Of a stretch of 64,000 nt of DNA, positions 1 through 11,314 are shown piece by piece. How positions within the stretch are numbered: position 1 is the first letter of the stretch; every line of letters starts with the position of its first letter. The position numbers and the translations under genes were made by a program. This stretch comes from Caecitellus pseudoparvulus (Eukaryota; Protista; Bigyra: Bicosoecida), in contig CBFFRQ010000024.1 of the NCBI GenBank assembly GCA_965644315.1, positions 7,144 through 71,143 on the forward strand, given 5' to 3'. The notes below the pieces were generated by a model that made no database searches, had not been told where the DNA came from, and saw only the letters and a program-made list of their open reading frames with translations.

Positions 1-781
1 GCGCCTCCGCAGGGAGTGCTGCTGTCCACGCCGATCCACGTGGGCAGCTCAACCGCTGCCTCCCCTGCCGCTAGCACCAGAGCAAGAGCTTCCAAGCACC
101 GCCCTGAACACCTTCATACCCATCATGAATATCGGTGATTCGGCTCTTGAGTCGGCAAATCCTCCTGTGCTGATGCAACCGACCATTTCTTCAGCGACCT
201 TGCGGAAATCGGGCAGACGATGGCTCCCAACGAAATAGCCAGGGGAACGAGAGAACAGGCACAGAAGTGCCCAAGTACGGATGTGGGACAATACATCAGG
301 TACATGTCAGCTTTCACGTGCTTCGAATTTTTACTTCCTCGCTGCGCGAGTTCGAGCCTGGGCGCGAGGTGCTGGACAAGACGCAGCACAGCACAGACCT
401 CGAGGAATAAAAACTGGTTGAAAGCGAGCCCTGTGGAATGCACAGTGGCGTTTTCAAGAGCATGCAAGGGTCAGCTGCGGCGTACTCCCCGACGCGCGCC
501 TCCGTCCCACTCACACCCAGCCTCCTTTTTTTTGACCCGGCCGCATCAGTGAAACTGCACCCGATTCGACGCACAGCTGTGACGCCTGCTCCCGCGAGAG
601 CCGCCCTGCATTTACACCCACTCGGCGCCTGCTACTGCCACCACCTCTGCCACGTGCGCCTTCCAAGGGGCTGCCTGGCTGCGGAGCAACTGCAGTCGTA
701 TGCGGCGAGTGCGAGACCTGCTCTGCCACGGCTGCACACCTGTTCGAACTCTGCGGTTAGACGCCTCTGCCCTTCTCAAAC

Positions 782-1885
782 ATGAACAAGTATGAAGTGC
801 TGGGCATTGTCGGGGAAGGAGGCCGAGCGCGTCGTGCTGCGGTGCTACGCAACAAGGTGAGGCCTGGCTCGTGAGCGGAAATTGCACATCGTGCGGGCGC
901 CGGGAAGGCGACGTGGGCACCAGCTCCTGCACGGCGTGCCCTCAACATCGGCCGAAACGTCCGAAACCATTGCAATCAAGAAGCCCAAAGAGAGCGAGGG
1001 TGCGTGCTCCGTCGAAGCTCCGCAGGAGCTGGCCCTGCACACTCCACCCGCTGGACGCCGACGATGTGTGCGCAAGACCACGCTGCGGGAGGTGAAGATC
1101 CCGCGGCAGCTGCGCCACCCCTGCATCGTGTCCCTGCAAGAAGCCTTCCGGCGCAAGGGCAAGCTGTACTTGGTCTTCGTGGAGCGGAACTTGCTGGAGT
1201 TGCTGGAGGCGCACCCGGGGCGGCCTGAGCCAGCAACAAGTGCAAACCTTCATCTTCCAGCTGTGCATGGCCATTGACTGGCGCCACTCGCACCGCGTCA
1301 TCCACCGCGACATCAAGTCCGGAGAACCCGCTCGTGGACGCCGGTGCAGGCACCCTGGAAGCTGTGTGACTTTGGGTTCGGGCGGCGCTACCCCGCCCAG
1401 CAAACCTCCCTCGCGCCAAGGCACCGACTAGCCTGCGTCGCCACAAGGTGGTACTCGGGCGCCGGAGCTGCTGCTGGGCAGCACAGACTACACCACTGCC
1501 GGGGATATTCAAGCGCATTCGGTTGCATTATGGGGGAACTGGCAGACGGGCAGCCATCGTTCCCCGGTGACTCGGACGCCGACCAGCGGCACGTGATCCA
1601 GCGGGGCAGTCGGGCCCACGACTTCCGCCCAGATGCGGCGGCCTGAAGGCCAAGCGCCTCCGCAGGCGTGAAGTTCCCCGACATCTCCCGCTCGGCGTCC
1701 CTTGCGGAGAACACAGTGCCAGCGCCATGCCGCCGCCCGCTGGCGTGGACTTTCATGCGGGACTGTCTGCGTATGGACCCCGCCCGACGCCTCACGGCAC
1801 GGCAGGCCAGTGCCGCGTCCCTCTCTTCAGCGGGCTGCCTGAGGCGCCTCGGGTGGGAACCGTACGAACCCGACTCCCCAAACAG

Positions 1886-1917
<32 letters not shown>

Positions 1918-3465
1918 AGCAGCACCGGCAGCAAGCCGAGGTAGCACCAGCACAGCGACAGGAGGCCAGCGGACGAGCAAGCGAAGTGGCATTCCTGAGG
2001 GAGCGGGGGGCATGCCCCCTCTGCTGTGGCACGCCACACACCGTCAGAAGTGGGGTGGGGCCACACCCAGGCTGCCCGGGGTGGTACTGGTTCGCGGGGG
2101 CGGCCACCGAGCGCCGGAACACGACGAAGTGGCTAGGGCCGGATGCCAGCGGAGGGCGGGGCGGCATCCGGAACACCATGCAGACGCTGGGCGTGGGGCA
2201 GTGAGGGGACGGCATGCCAGCTCGCATGGCGCGTCTCGGGCTGGCAGCAGGGGCGGGCGGGTCCGGCTGTGCTGCGGTCCCTGTCGCGGGGGGGGCACCG
2301 CAGCGGGGGAGGGGGGGTGACGGCCTGCACATGATGGGCGTGATGGGTGCCGAGCCAACACCCAGCAGTGTTCCGCATGCATCTCCCCCCGCGGCCACCC
2401 ACGCCAGCGAGGGCAAGGACTCCCCGGATGGCGTGAAGACGAGCTGAGGGAGGGAGAGCAAGCAGCCCCGCGATGATGCCGGCGCAGCCCCTGCAGCGCC
2501 AGCCCCCGCCCAGCCGCGCCGTGTTATCCCCCTGCAGGCGTCTGGACCAGACCCCGCCAACCGCACACCCAGCAAGCTGGGCATGTACGGCGCCGCTGCG
2601 CGGGCAGGAGGCGGCGGCGGCGGCGGCGACGTGTCTGGTCACACCTCCTCGCGTGCCAGTCGTACGACGCGGCTCTCGCAGGCGGCGGCAAGCGAAGTCC
2701 CGCCCCGCCACACGCGCCACGCCACACCGCAAAGCAGCAAGGGCGCCGAGCGCCACTCTTCCAGGAGGCACCGGCGCTGGAGCCGCACCGCGGCACGGGC
2801 CCCGCCTCCTCCATGTACAGACCAGGTACCAGGGGCGACGGGGGACACGTCCAGGCGCCAGCGTGTGCCCAACGCACGCCATGCGTTGCCTGGGCCCGTG
2901 CACGCGGCCGGTCGCGTGCCGGGTCGCGGTCGCGAACAGCGGCACGTCGCAGCGCCGACCCCGGAGCGGCCTGGGGCAACCTACTCACCGCCCTGGCCAG
3001 CAGCTGGGCAAAGCTCTGCCACTGCTGTGGCGCAAGCTCGCGCTGATGCGGCAGGCTCACGGTCCAGCGGCGTGCAGTTGCCAGGCGGGCCGCTGGCGGA
3101 TATACCCTCCTTTCACCAGCGCTCAGCGGCTGCAGGGGCCCCCTTGCAGCCGCTGGGCTCTGTGCCTGAAGCCCAGATTCCCGAACAGAGCTTCCGCGAA
3201 GAGTCAGCTCCCACGCGGCGCCGCTGCCGGGGTTTGGGCGCAGCGGCACACCACAAGCAGAGCGCTGACTCCCCAGTGCACGCAGCAAATTCACTCACTC
3301 ACCAAAACAAACCCGTTCAGCACCTTCCACTGCATGCCACATGCACCAGCCGACCCCTCTCGCCGCCTGCGCAAGTCGCTTGCGCCGCCGAGGCCACACC
3401 TTGCCACTGCACAACGTCCACAGCCACACCAGCCGGCGGCGGCCCGCCAACAGCAGCATGCATGA
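782..3465 (+). CDS. CDKL: Cyclin-dependent kinase-like (CDKL-family) Ser/Thr kinase with a long low-complexity C-tail; spliced and frameshifted in this assembly
   Basis: ATG at 782 gives MNKYEVLGIVGEG. Later motifs are spread over several frames: IAIKK, VRKTTLREVK, LQEAFRRKGKLYLVF, HRDIK, KLCDFGF, VATRWY, GCIMGELADGQP.FPGDSD, MKFPDISR, LRMDP..RLTA. Donors GTGAGG at 857 and GTGCGT at 1000. The 3' end is approximate. Confidence 0.88.
1885..1926 (+). repeat. Short 12-bp tandem repeat (CCAGCTCCAGCA, about 3 copies) encoding a Pro-Ala linker
   Basis: Directly visible; translates to PAPAPAPAPAPA in one frame of the kinase tail. Confidence 0.7.
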
Positions 3466-3479
3466 GGTACCTCCCAGAA

Positions 3480-4940
3480 ATGGTGGACTTGGCGGGCATA
3501 CGCCGAGCGCCACCTGTCCCAGGAAAACCAAAACCCGCGCCAGGAAGTGGCAGGCTCTGGTGCATCGGGGAGCAGCACCTGCGGGAGCTCATTTCAGCCG
3601 CCAGCACGCCGGCGCCGCCTGCGCAGGTGGCCGACGCCATGGCCCCCGATACAGACCCCCAGCAAGAACGCTTGGCGAACTTCATGCGCCTGGTGCAGCT
3701 GCTGCCGCCCCGCATCGCAAGTCAGCCGTGATATGGGTGACGGCGTCGAGCGCGGCCGCTGGCGACCTCGCCACCACTGCACCTGCCACCGAGGGCACAG
3801 ACTCAGCGCAGGGCGGTGAGCCTGCGCAAGAGGCCATCTCTAGCTCAGTTAGACGAAGACCCGGCTGAAATCCCCCGACATTACGCAGCAGGCAGCGCTG
3901 CGCGAACACATCGTCTGCCTCAGGCACCAGATCGAGGAGCAGGAGTCAGAGATCTTCCTCTTGCGCTGTGACCTGCAGCAGCCCCTGCCTCAGGCCCAGC
4001 CCTCGGGGCCAACACAGGCACAGCCTTCGTCCGGTGCCGAGGAGGCCCCGCCTGCGTGGGCCCAGGCGCTCCTGGCAGGCATGCAGAGTTCCCTCGCAGC
4101 AGGTGCAGGCGCAGGGTGCAGAAGACCATCCAGCGCCTGGCAGCGCAGCAGGGTGCGACGCCTCGCCCCAGCGGCGCCAGGGGATACCTCCCAGGCAGCA
4201 CAAACCCTGGGCACGTCCATGACCACGCCACAGCAACCAGATGCCCCACAGACCTCCGCCGACGCCGGCCAGCTCAGCACTCTGCAGCACACTGTGAACC
4301 ACGGCATGCGGAAGTTGAAGGAGGGCCTGGGCGCATTGGCGCAGATGTGGACCATCAAGGGCCGGTTGACCGCCCCCTACCACGCGCACAGCATAGTGCA
4401 GCCCCACGAACCCGTGCCAGTGCCAGTGCCTGCCTTGCCACCCGGAGCCGCAACAGCCCTCCAGGCATGGCACAGGGGGGCCGCGTGTCACCAGCCAGCG
4501 TGGGCCCACCACCTCCACCCCAGCCGGCCTCCCTGGACCCTCAGGCCCTGCATGGCATCCTGCGCCGCGTTGTGAGCGCCACCAGCCGGGTGCAAGACAA
4601 GCACCGCTCAGGCGAACTGCCCTCCCCAGCCCACCCTCGCTCAGCAGGCTCCACGTCAGCCACACACGGCACCAGCCGTGGCACGCCCACGGCGCAAGGC
4701 AGGGCTGATGCCGGCGCCCACCCCAGTCCCATCGAGCGGCAGGGACGGTTCGTGGACCGCGTCGCAGTTGCCGCGGCGGCCACACGGGCCACCGACGCGC
4801 CACCCAGCACCAGTGCTGACTACGAGGCCCGCCTGCGAGAAAAGGCCACTCGGGGGGCCAAGGCGGCAGGGCTGCGGCGCCGGCGGCGAGGTTCGCAGAC
4901 CTCCACAGACCGCTCCGAGAGCAAGGCTGGCAGCCTGTGA
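3480..4940 (+). CDS. Hypothetical protein (frameshifted)
   Basis: ATG at 3480 gives MVDLAGIRR...ERLANFMRLVQLLPP. Protein-like segments continue in other frames (QLSTLQHTVNHGMRKLKEGLGALAQM; DYEARLREK...GSL*). No recognisable domain. Confidence 0.4.
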
Positions 4941-5028
4941 CACGCCTGCGCCAAACCACTCACGCCGTGTACACAACCCCCACACTGCCGTCCAAAGCCC
5001 CTGTATTTCTCCCCTCTCCGCCATAGCC

Positions 5029-6206
5029 ATGGTCTCCACTCGCAGCCGCAGCAGCGGCCGCCGCCGCGCCGCCCAGTCCCCTGAGCCGCAGGCTGCGCCA
5101 TCTTCGCCTGACTCCGTCGCACCTCCTGACCATGCCAACGAGCCTGAGGCTGGACCAATGGATGCCACTGACTTGCTGCGTGCCATCTTCGAAGCCCATG
5201 ATGCAGATGGCAACGGCGTGCTGAGCCTCAGCGAGCTGGCAGTGGTGAGGGCCCTTCGCTGGTCGCGTTCAAACGAATTTCCGCAACACAACCGCCACGC
5301 CCACCGCACAGGCGTTTGCCGCTGCTGGCGTGCCCCGGAGCTACATGGAAGTGCGCGAACTCCTGGAAGACGCCGACACTGACCACAGGTTCGTTACTGT
5401 GCCGCTGTCCTCCTACATGCCTGCGCAAGGGCTTGCCATGCTGCACTCTCCGCTCGCTTCGCCTGGCACAGCGGCGACTTGGATTTCGAGGAATTCCTGA
5501 AGGCAGTGCGGGAAGCCGGCCCCGCCTCTCCCCAAGGCGTCCTTGGGTACATCTGACTCCCAAGGCCACGCCGAGCGCGAGGCAGTTGTGCGGGCTGAAG
5601 CCTCCCTTTCTCGCGTGCTGGCCCCACTGCACACTCAGGCGCACAAGGACGCACTGCTCATGGCCGAGGGCGATCCGACCCGCTACATCGCCCTGCCCGG
5701 CACAGACATCGCAGTGCCCCTCGGCCACCCCCGGCTCGCGCATCTTGGGCCGGACGCTGTCGCTGCTGGTGCTTCTGGCAGCCAGCGTGGCTGCGGCCGC
5801 GCTGACGGCCGCCACAGCCGGCACAGTGGCTGCCGCTGTCCACCTGTACAACTGCCCGTCTGTGGACATCTCCCTGGCTGTCCTGGCAGGTCTCGCCGGA
5901 GGGGGGCACATGCGCTGGGCGCTGTTGGGGGTGCGCCCTGCTTGGGCCCCTCGCTTTCGCCTCCTTCCCCGCCCTGCGCCGAGGCAAGACGGTGGCGGCC
6001 TGGCTGGCCGGCAACACCGTCATCGTGGCATCCACAGGGCGGCCCCTGCACCCCCTCCTCACCATGCTGCGGGAGTCCGCGCGGCGACGTGCCTGCCTCT
6101 GGACTTGGGCTTTGCGCTGTGTGTGTCTCCCTCTGGCCAGCGCCTCGTGGACTACTTGTTGGGCACGCAGGTCGTGGCTGACGTCACGGCGGATGTGGCG
6201 GCCTGA
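5029..6206 (+). CDS. EF-hand protein with a C-terminal membrane region resembling the RDD family
   Basis: EF loop FEAHDADGNGVLSLSEL, and a second EF hand split by an intron (LEDADTDH / SGDLDFEEFLKAV). Hydrophobic segments follow. The terminal GQRLVDYLLGTQVV resembles the RDD C-terminal motif. Contains frameshifts. Confidence 0.6.
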
Positions 6207-6457
6207 GGCCCCGTCTGACGCGTGGGAACCACAGTTCTCGCCGCGTGACAATGCAGCTTGCGTTCCAAGCAGGCCCTGCAGCAGGCGGAGCTGACTCGCG
6301 TCTCCAACACCGTGTCAATACACAGGCATCTGTGTGTGAATGCTAGCAAACGCCTACACTCTTCTTGCCCCCGTACTGAAGCACCGTGAAGTACGGCACG
6401 CAGCGTGCGCAAGCGCTCCCTCCTCAGCCCACCCTCGACGCCGGCCCCTGCCCCGCC

Positions 6458-8331
6458 ATGATGCCTGGAGGCACCCTGCGGGACCGCATGAACGCAACAC
6501 AGCTGCGCATTACAATGGACCAGATCCATGCAGCCGCCAACCCGGCCGAGGAGCAGGTGGGTGTGCTCTGTGTCCACTTGTGTGCGCTGCCCTCCTGGTG
6601 CACTGCACCTTGCCGCCCGTTACGAAGCACAGGCTCTGGCGGAGCAGCTGATGAACGCAACGCCGACTTCCAGTGTCGTCTCGGATGATGACTTGTTTGA
6701 CGGCCCCGCGGGCTTCTCGAGCGGCTTTGCGAACACCTCGGGAGTCAGTGGCTCATCGGTAAGCTTCGTGGCATGGCGCTTCGCGTCGCGCTGCATCTCG
6801 GCACTCACACTCACACTCACCACCCCACCGCGACGCCACGGCACAGTCCCCAACAGACGGAGGACTTTCATTGGCTGTGCCCACTCCCCGGCCTGCACAG
6901 CGCAGCGCCTCTCCTGACTTTGAGAAGCAGGCCGTGCCAGCTTCAGCCACACCCCGCACATCTGCCCTCAGCGCCAGCATCGCCGCTGACCGCGCCCGGG
7001 ACGGCGTCATGCAGGTGCACCAGTTCAGTAGCGAAGCCGGGGACTGGGTGCAGGTGCCCATGGCCACTGCCGTGGCCGCAGCCACCCCCCAGCCAGAGGA
7101 AGCCGCCCCCCCTCCCACCCCAAGCGACACCCCAGGCGCCCCTGATGTCGACTCGGCGCCACCCCCCACCCACACCGCCCAGACATCCATTTCCTCCCTA
7201 CCAAGCCTGGCCCCCGCCACGGGCATGCAGTACCGTTGGCAAATGACGCAAATGCTAGCCTCTTGCTCCGTGGGCGAGGTGCTCCGCGGCCTCGTTCGCC
7301 TCTGCAACCAGCAAGGCGGCTGCTGGTTGTTGCCAGGGCAGCAGCCAGCACCTGCTGCAGACCAGTCTTCCTGTGGCGCCGCGTCCAGCGCCTTCCAGCT
7401 GCGTGTCGCCGAGGACGGCGAGGCGGACTTCGACTTCCTCGCCTCCCCCGCGCCGCCAAAGTGGCCGGGCTGGGGGAAGAGGAATTCGCCGTGTGCAGCG
7501 CCGACAGCCAGCAGGAGGTGCTGCAAGTGCGCCTGCACCATACGACGTCCAAGGCAGGCAAACCCGTTCTGCGGCTCTTCTTCCGCCACCCGCCTCCGCC
7601 GGGCACAGAGGTGTTCGACCCGTCCCCTGTGCCCAGGGGAACGGGCTCCACGCCCACACCCTCGCCCACCGCCTGCCCTTCGTCAGCTGCTCCGGAACAT
7701 GCCCACACCAGCGCCGGTGCACCTACCCAACCCGCCGTCCCCACCGCCCAGCCCCTCCGACTGCGGTCCAGGTCAGGGGAAGTCTTCACACCCGTCCCAG
7801 TGCAGGCCACGCCTGCAGCCCCAAACTTCACCCGCCCGACACCAAGACGCGCCAGCGTTCGCACTATCAGACAGCGAAGACACGAGCCCAGAGGGCGATG
7901 GCAGCGGCAGTGGCAGCGGCGCTGAGGAGGAGGAGGTGGAGACGGGCGGCCGCGGTAGCCACACGGGCCTGCAAGTGACGTACACGTCAGCGGGTGGCGA
8001 GGGGGGGAGCCTGGGCGGGGCGCTGGGCAGTGTGGCTGCAGTGCCCATGGGGCGGGAGGGTGCCGGACACCTCGCTGCGCACACAGCCCAAGTGGGCGCA
8101 CCCGGCGGCGCAGACATGATGCGTCAAATTGCAGAGTACCGCAGAGCGCGGTACGGCAGACAGCCGCCAGCTAGCGAACAAGGGGTGCCTGCAGTGCTGG
8201 GCAAGCTGGCAGCAGGCCTGTCAGCCGAGCCCCGGCGCAGGCAGTTGCTGGAGAGTGACGAGGATGCGCTGGCAGCCGCCATCGCAGCTGTGGACGGCAC
8301 GGGGTCACAGGCAGCTGCGCCCTCGCTCTGA
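6458..8331 (+). CDS. Hypothetical protein, spliced
   Basis: GCC-ATG at 6458 (MMPGGTLRDRM...EEQ, then donor GTGGGT). Further exons read ALAEQLMN..., EDFHWL..., VLQVRLHHTTSKAGKPVLRLFFRH. Stop at 8331. No family recognised. Confidence 0.5.
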
Positions 8332-8674
8332 TCTTGCCTGGCCCGGCAGTAATGCACATGTACATGTAGAGGGGGTTGCCCCAGTCCCCTGCTGCTGGAG
8401 CCAGGCGGGGGCAAGCACGGGATGAAACGATGCCAGGTGCATTGCGGAGAGTCGAGCCACGTGCTCTAAACAGGCTGCCAAGTGCTGGCGTCACGGCACC
8501 AGCGCACAGGCCCCATTTGTGCAAGGCTTTGCTGCGTGAGCAAGCCTGCAGCCGCTGGATCATTTGAAGAGGTTGCCTGTTGTCCTGTGTGGGCTGCGGG
8601 CCAGACTCCCAACCAGCTTGCTCGGCCAGCTCAAAGTGTGGGCCCACATTCAGTGGACCAAAGAGCACATGCTA

Positions 8675-9270
8675 TCACTGTGCCGAAACAGTGGCCGTCT
8701 CTGGACTGCCGCCTGGCACCATCTGCGCCGGAGAGAGAACGTGACCAATTTGCACAGCAAGCCCCGAGCACCCCGCCGCGGTAGGCGCCGATACGCACCA
8801 TGGTGACGTGGTTGCCGTTCAGGAGGATCTGGTCCAGCTTCTCGGTCGTGGTTCCTGACGCTGTCGTCTTGTTGTTGCGCAGCACAAATGCATGAGAAGT
8901 GGTAAGGCCAAACAACTCGTGCACGCGGTACGCCACTCACTACTCCGTCACGTCTTCAAGCACCATGTTCACAAAGTCATCGAAGCCCTTCAGTGTCCCC
9001 ACAAACTCGCGGTCGCCACGAAGAATTACCCACAGCTTGGACTGTGCAGCGGGGAGGGCAGGTGCTGCAGAGATAATGGATGCCACTGGCCAACGTGCGG
9101 AAATAGCCTCACCCCAATGCACTTGCCCACAAGCTCTGCGAGAGGGAGGGGAGGGAAAAGCATGAGGAAGCTATGAACAGCACTAATATCACCACAGCCC
9201 GTATCCTGCGGCGTTCACGTACCCAAGGGAGCAGCTGGGGCAGCCCTGTCGAGGAACCGGAGTCTGCCAT
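8675..9270 (-). CDS. LSM5: U6 snRNA-associated Sm-like protein LSm5 (5 exons)
   Basis: Exons join to [58 protein letters not shown]-...[25 protein letters not shown]..., which is the LSm5 signature. GT-AG introns are visible. Confidence 0.95.
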
Positions 9271-9698
9271 GTCTGGCGTGCAAACAAGCAGTTGCGAATC
9301 GCCGGAGATGGAGGTAACGAACTTGTCACGAAGCAGGTGGTCAGTCTCGGGTGGGTGTGTTCTTGTTTGAAAATTGTGGATTTGCACACATCCTACGTTG
9401 GGTGTGCACGGGGCCGGGTAACGCTGTGAGCTGCTGTTTGCAAGGTCTAGACGAGGCGTGGGTGTTTTCGCAAAAATCTCCGCCGAAAAAACTCAAATTT
9501 GCAGGAAAAGCCCCCGATCAGACTGCGTCCAACTGTTTACACGATGTACGAGCCCAAGTAAGCGCCTTTGCATTCTGCTTGATCGATCAGAGGCGCCTTT
9601 CGTGTGGATTTCACCTGCCGCCTGTCTGCTTGGGGCCAAGCGCAGATTCTTACGCACGGCTGCGGGAAGCTCGTTAGAGGGAGTCGGCCTTCGCAAGC

Positions 9699-11145
9699 AT
9701 GGGCGCTGTAAATCTTCTAGGCGCGCTTGTAGCTTGTAGCGTCGCTGGTTTCGTTGGAGCAGGTGCGCTGCGTGTCTGAAACTCCCTGCGTTTCTCCGTC
9801 TCTCCGGCACACACCTGGACTGCAATGCGCACAGACTTTGCGTATACAGACGTTCAACGACACCTCTGGGCTTGTATTCCTTGGCTCAGCAACAACAAGC
9901 GACTGCTCTGGGGGAGCGACCGTACAGGTTCTCCAAGCTCCCGGTCCTATCTCGACTGCCAGGCACTGGTGAACTCTGCATGTCCTTCGCAGCATCCGTA
10001 CCAGCCGAGGCACGGCAGTGCAGACGGCAGCGGGCGCATTCCTGGCCTGATTGTAAGTGCAGGGTGCCACAACCATGCTCTTCAAGGCTGAAAGTGCGAG
10101 CGTTTGGCCCTGCTTCCCTCGCAGTCCGAGGGTGTCACCACGCACACGTCGTACGAGACGAGCACCAACGACCCCAGCGACAGTGACTACATCGCGTCAG
10201 CCTTGTCAGTGTTTGGCCACCGCGAGGCGTTCGCAGAGTCGCCAGACCCGCGGCGCTGTGATCTGCGCATGAGGTATGGACAGCTCTCGGTCACGCCGCA
10301 CTAAACCGCGCAGCACCCCCTGCGCGACACCCACAGGCTCACTCCATCCAAACCATACAAGCAAGGAGCTGTCTGGCGAAGGTCACCGGTGCCGTTGTCA
10401 GGGGGCTTTGAGGCAGGGTTTTCGTTTCAGATCTCAGACCATTCCCGCGTCTGCCGAAGGGTGCGCGATAAGGCCTTCAGCACTCGCTTGTACGAATCAT
10501 GTATGGTGCACGGAGGGGATGGATTTGCATTCGTTCTGCACAACGATGCCAACCGCACGGAGGCGCTCGGGGTGGACGGGGAGCGCTTGGGCTACACTGG
10601 CATCCGCAACGCCATCGCAGTGGAGTTCGACACGTGGTACAACCCAGACATTGGCGACCTGTTCCACGACCACATTAGTCTGCAGGCCTCAGGCCCCCTA
10701 GCACCACTGGCCTCCAACCAGTCACAGCTGATGGGGGCAGCGAGGCCCCACCCCCCTCGCAGATGGGAGGGTGCACAGCGTCAAACTGCAATACTTCCCG
10801 CACCTGAAGTATGAGCTGCTCCAGCACTTTTCCGCCACCCCCCAGTTGGTCCCTTTCTCAAAGATGCAGGCGAATCACGTCGCATTGGCACCTTTGTTGT
10901 ATACATCGACAACATGACTGCACCCTTGACAGCGGTGCCCATCAACCTGAACGTGGCAATGGACCTGCCCGACGGTCAAGCGTATGTTGGGTTCACAGCC
11001 TCCACTGGAAAAGCGTGGGGAGCGGCACGACATGTTGTCATGGTACTTTTGCGAGTATCCAGGCTGTCCTAGGAGTGGCCTGGGCCTGGTGGATTGGCAA
11101 GCGACCCTTGATTTCATGGATGAGGATGAAGTGAACCCTCGATGA
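9699..11145 (+). CDS. Secreted L-type (legume/ConA-like) lectin-domain protein
   Basis: Signal-peptide exon MGAVNLLGALVACSVAGFVGA. Motifs FNDTSGLVFLGSA, LTPS.PYKQGAVW, GGDGFAFVLHND, AIAVEFDTWYN, AYVGFTASTG. Introns and indels present. Confidence 0.85.
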
Positions 11146-11314
11146 AGCAATGCAGCGCCTTGCGCACACCCCCTCTCACAAAATGCAAAAACGGAAGATA
11201 TGCAACCAAGTCGACACTTCATGTTTGCAAGCCATGAATCTGCTGAAGTGGCGACCCGTCCCCATTGCCATTCTGTAGGCGCCGCATGTGCCAACTCGCC
11301 GGCGCAAGTTCAGA

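Noticed and set aside
1-470. Short minus-strand ORFs at the window start (possible 5' end of a gene divergent from CDKL)
   Set aside because: No recognisable motif or clear exon structure within the window.
782-3465. CDKL as a true pseudogene
   Set aside because: All kinase motifs and splice sites are retained and neighbouring genes show the same indels, so consensus error is more likely.
6802-6820. (CACTCA)3 microsatellite
   Set aside because: Very short, apparently intronic, and of no evident significance.
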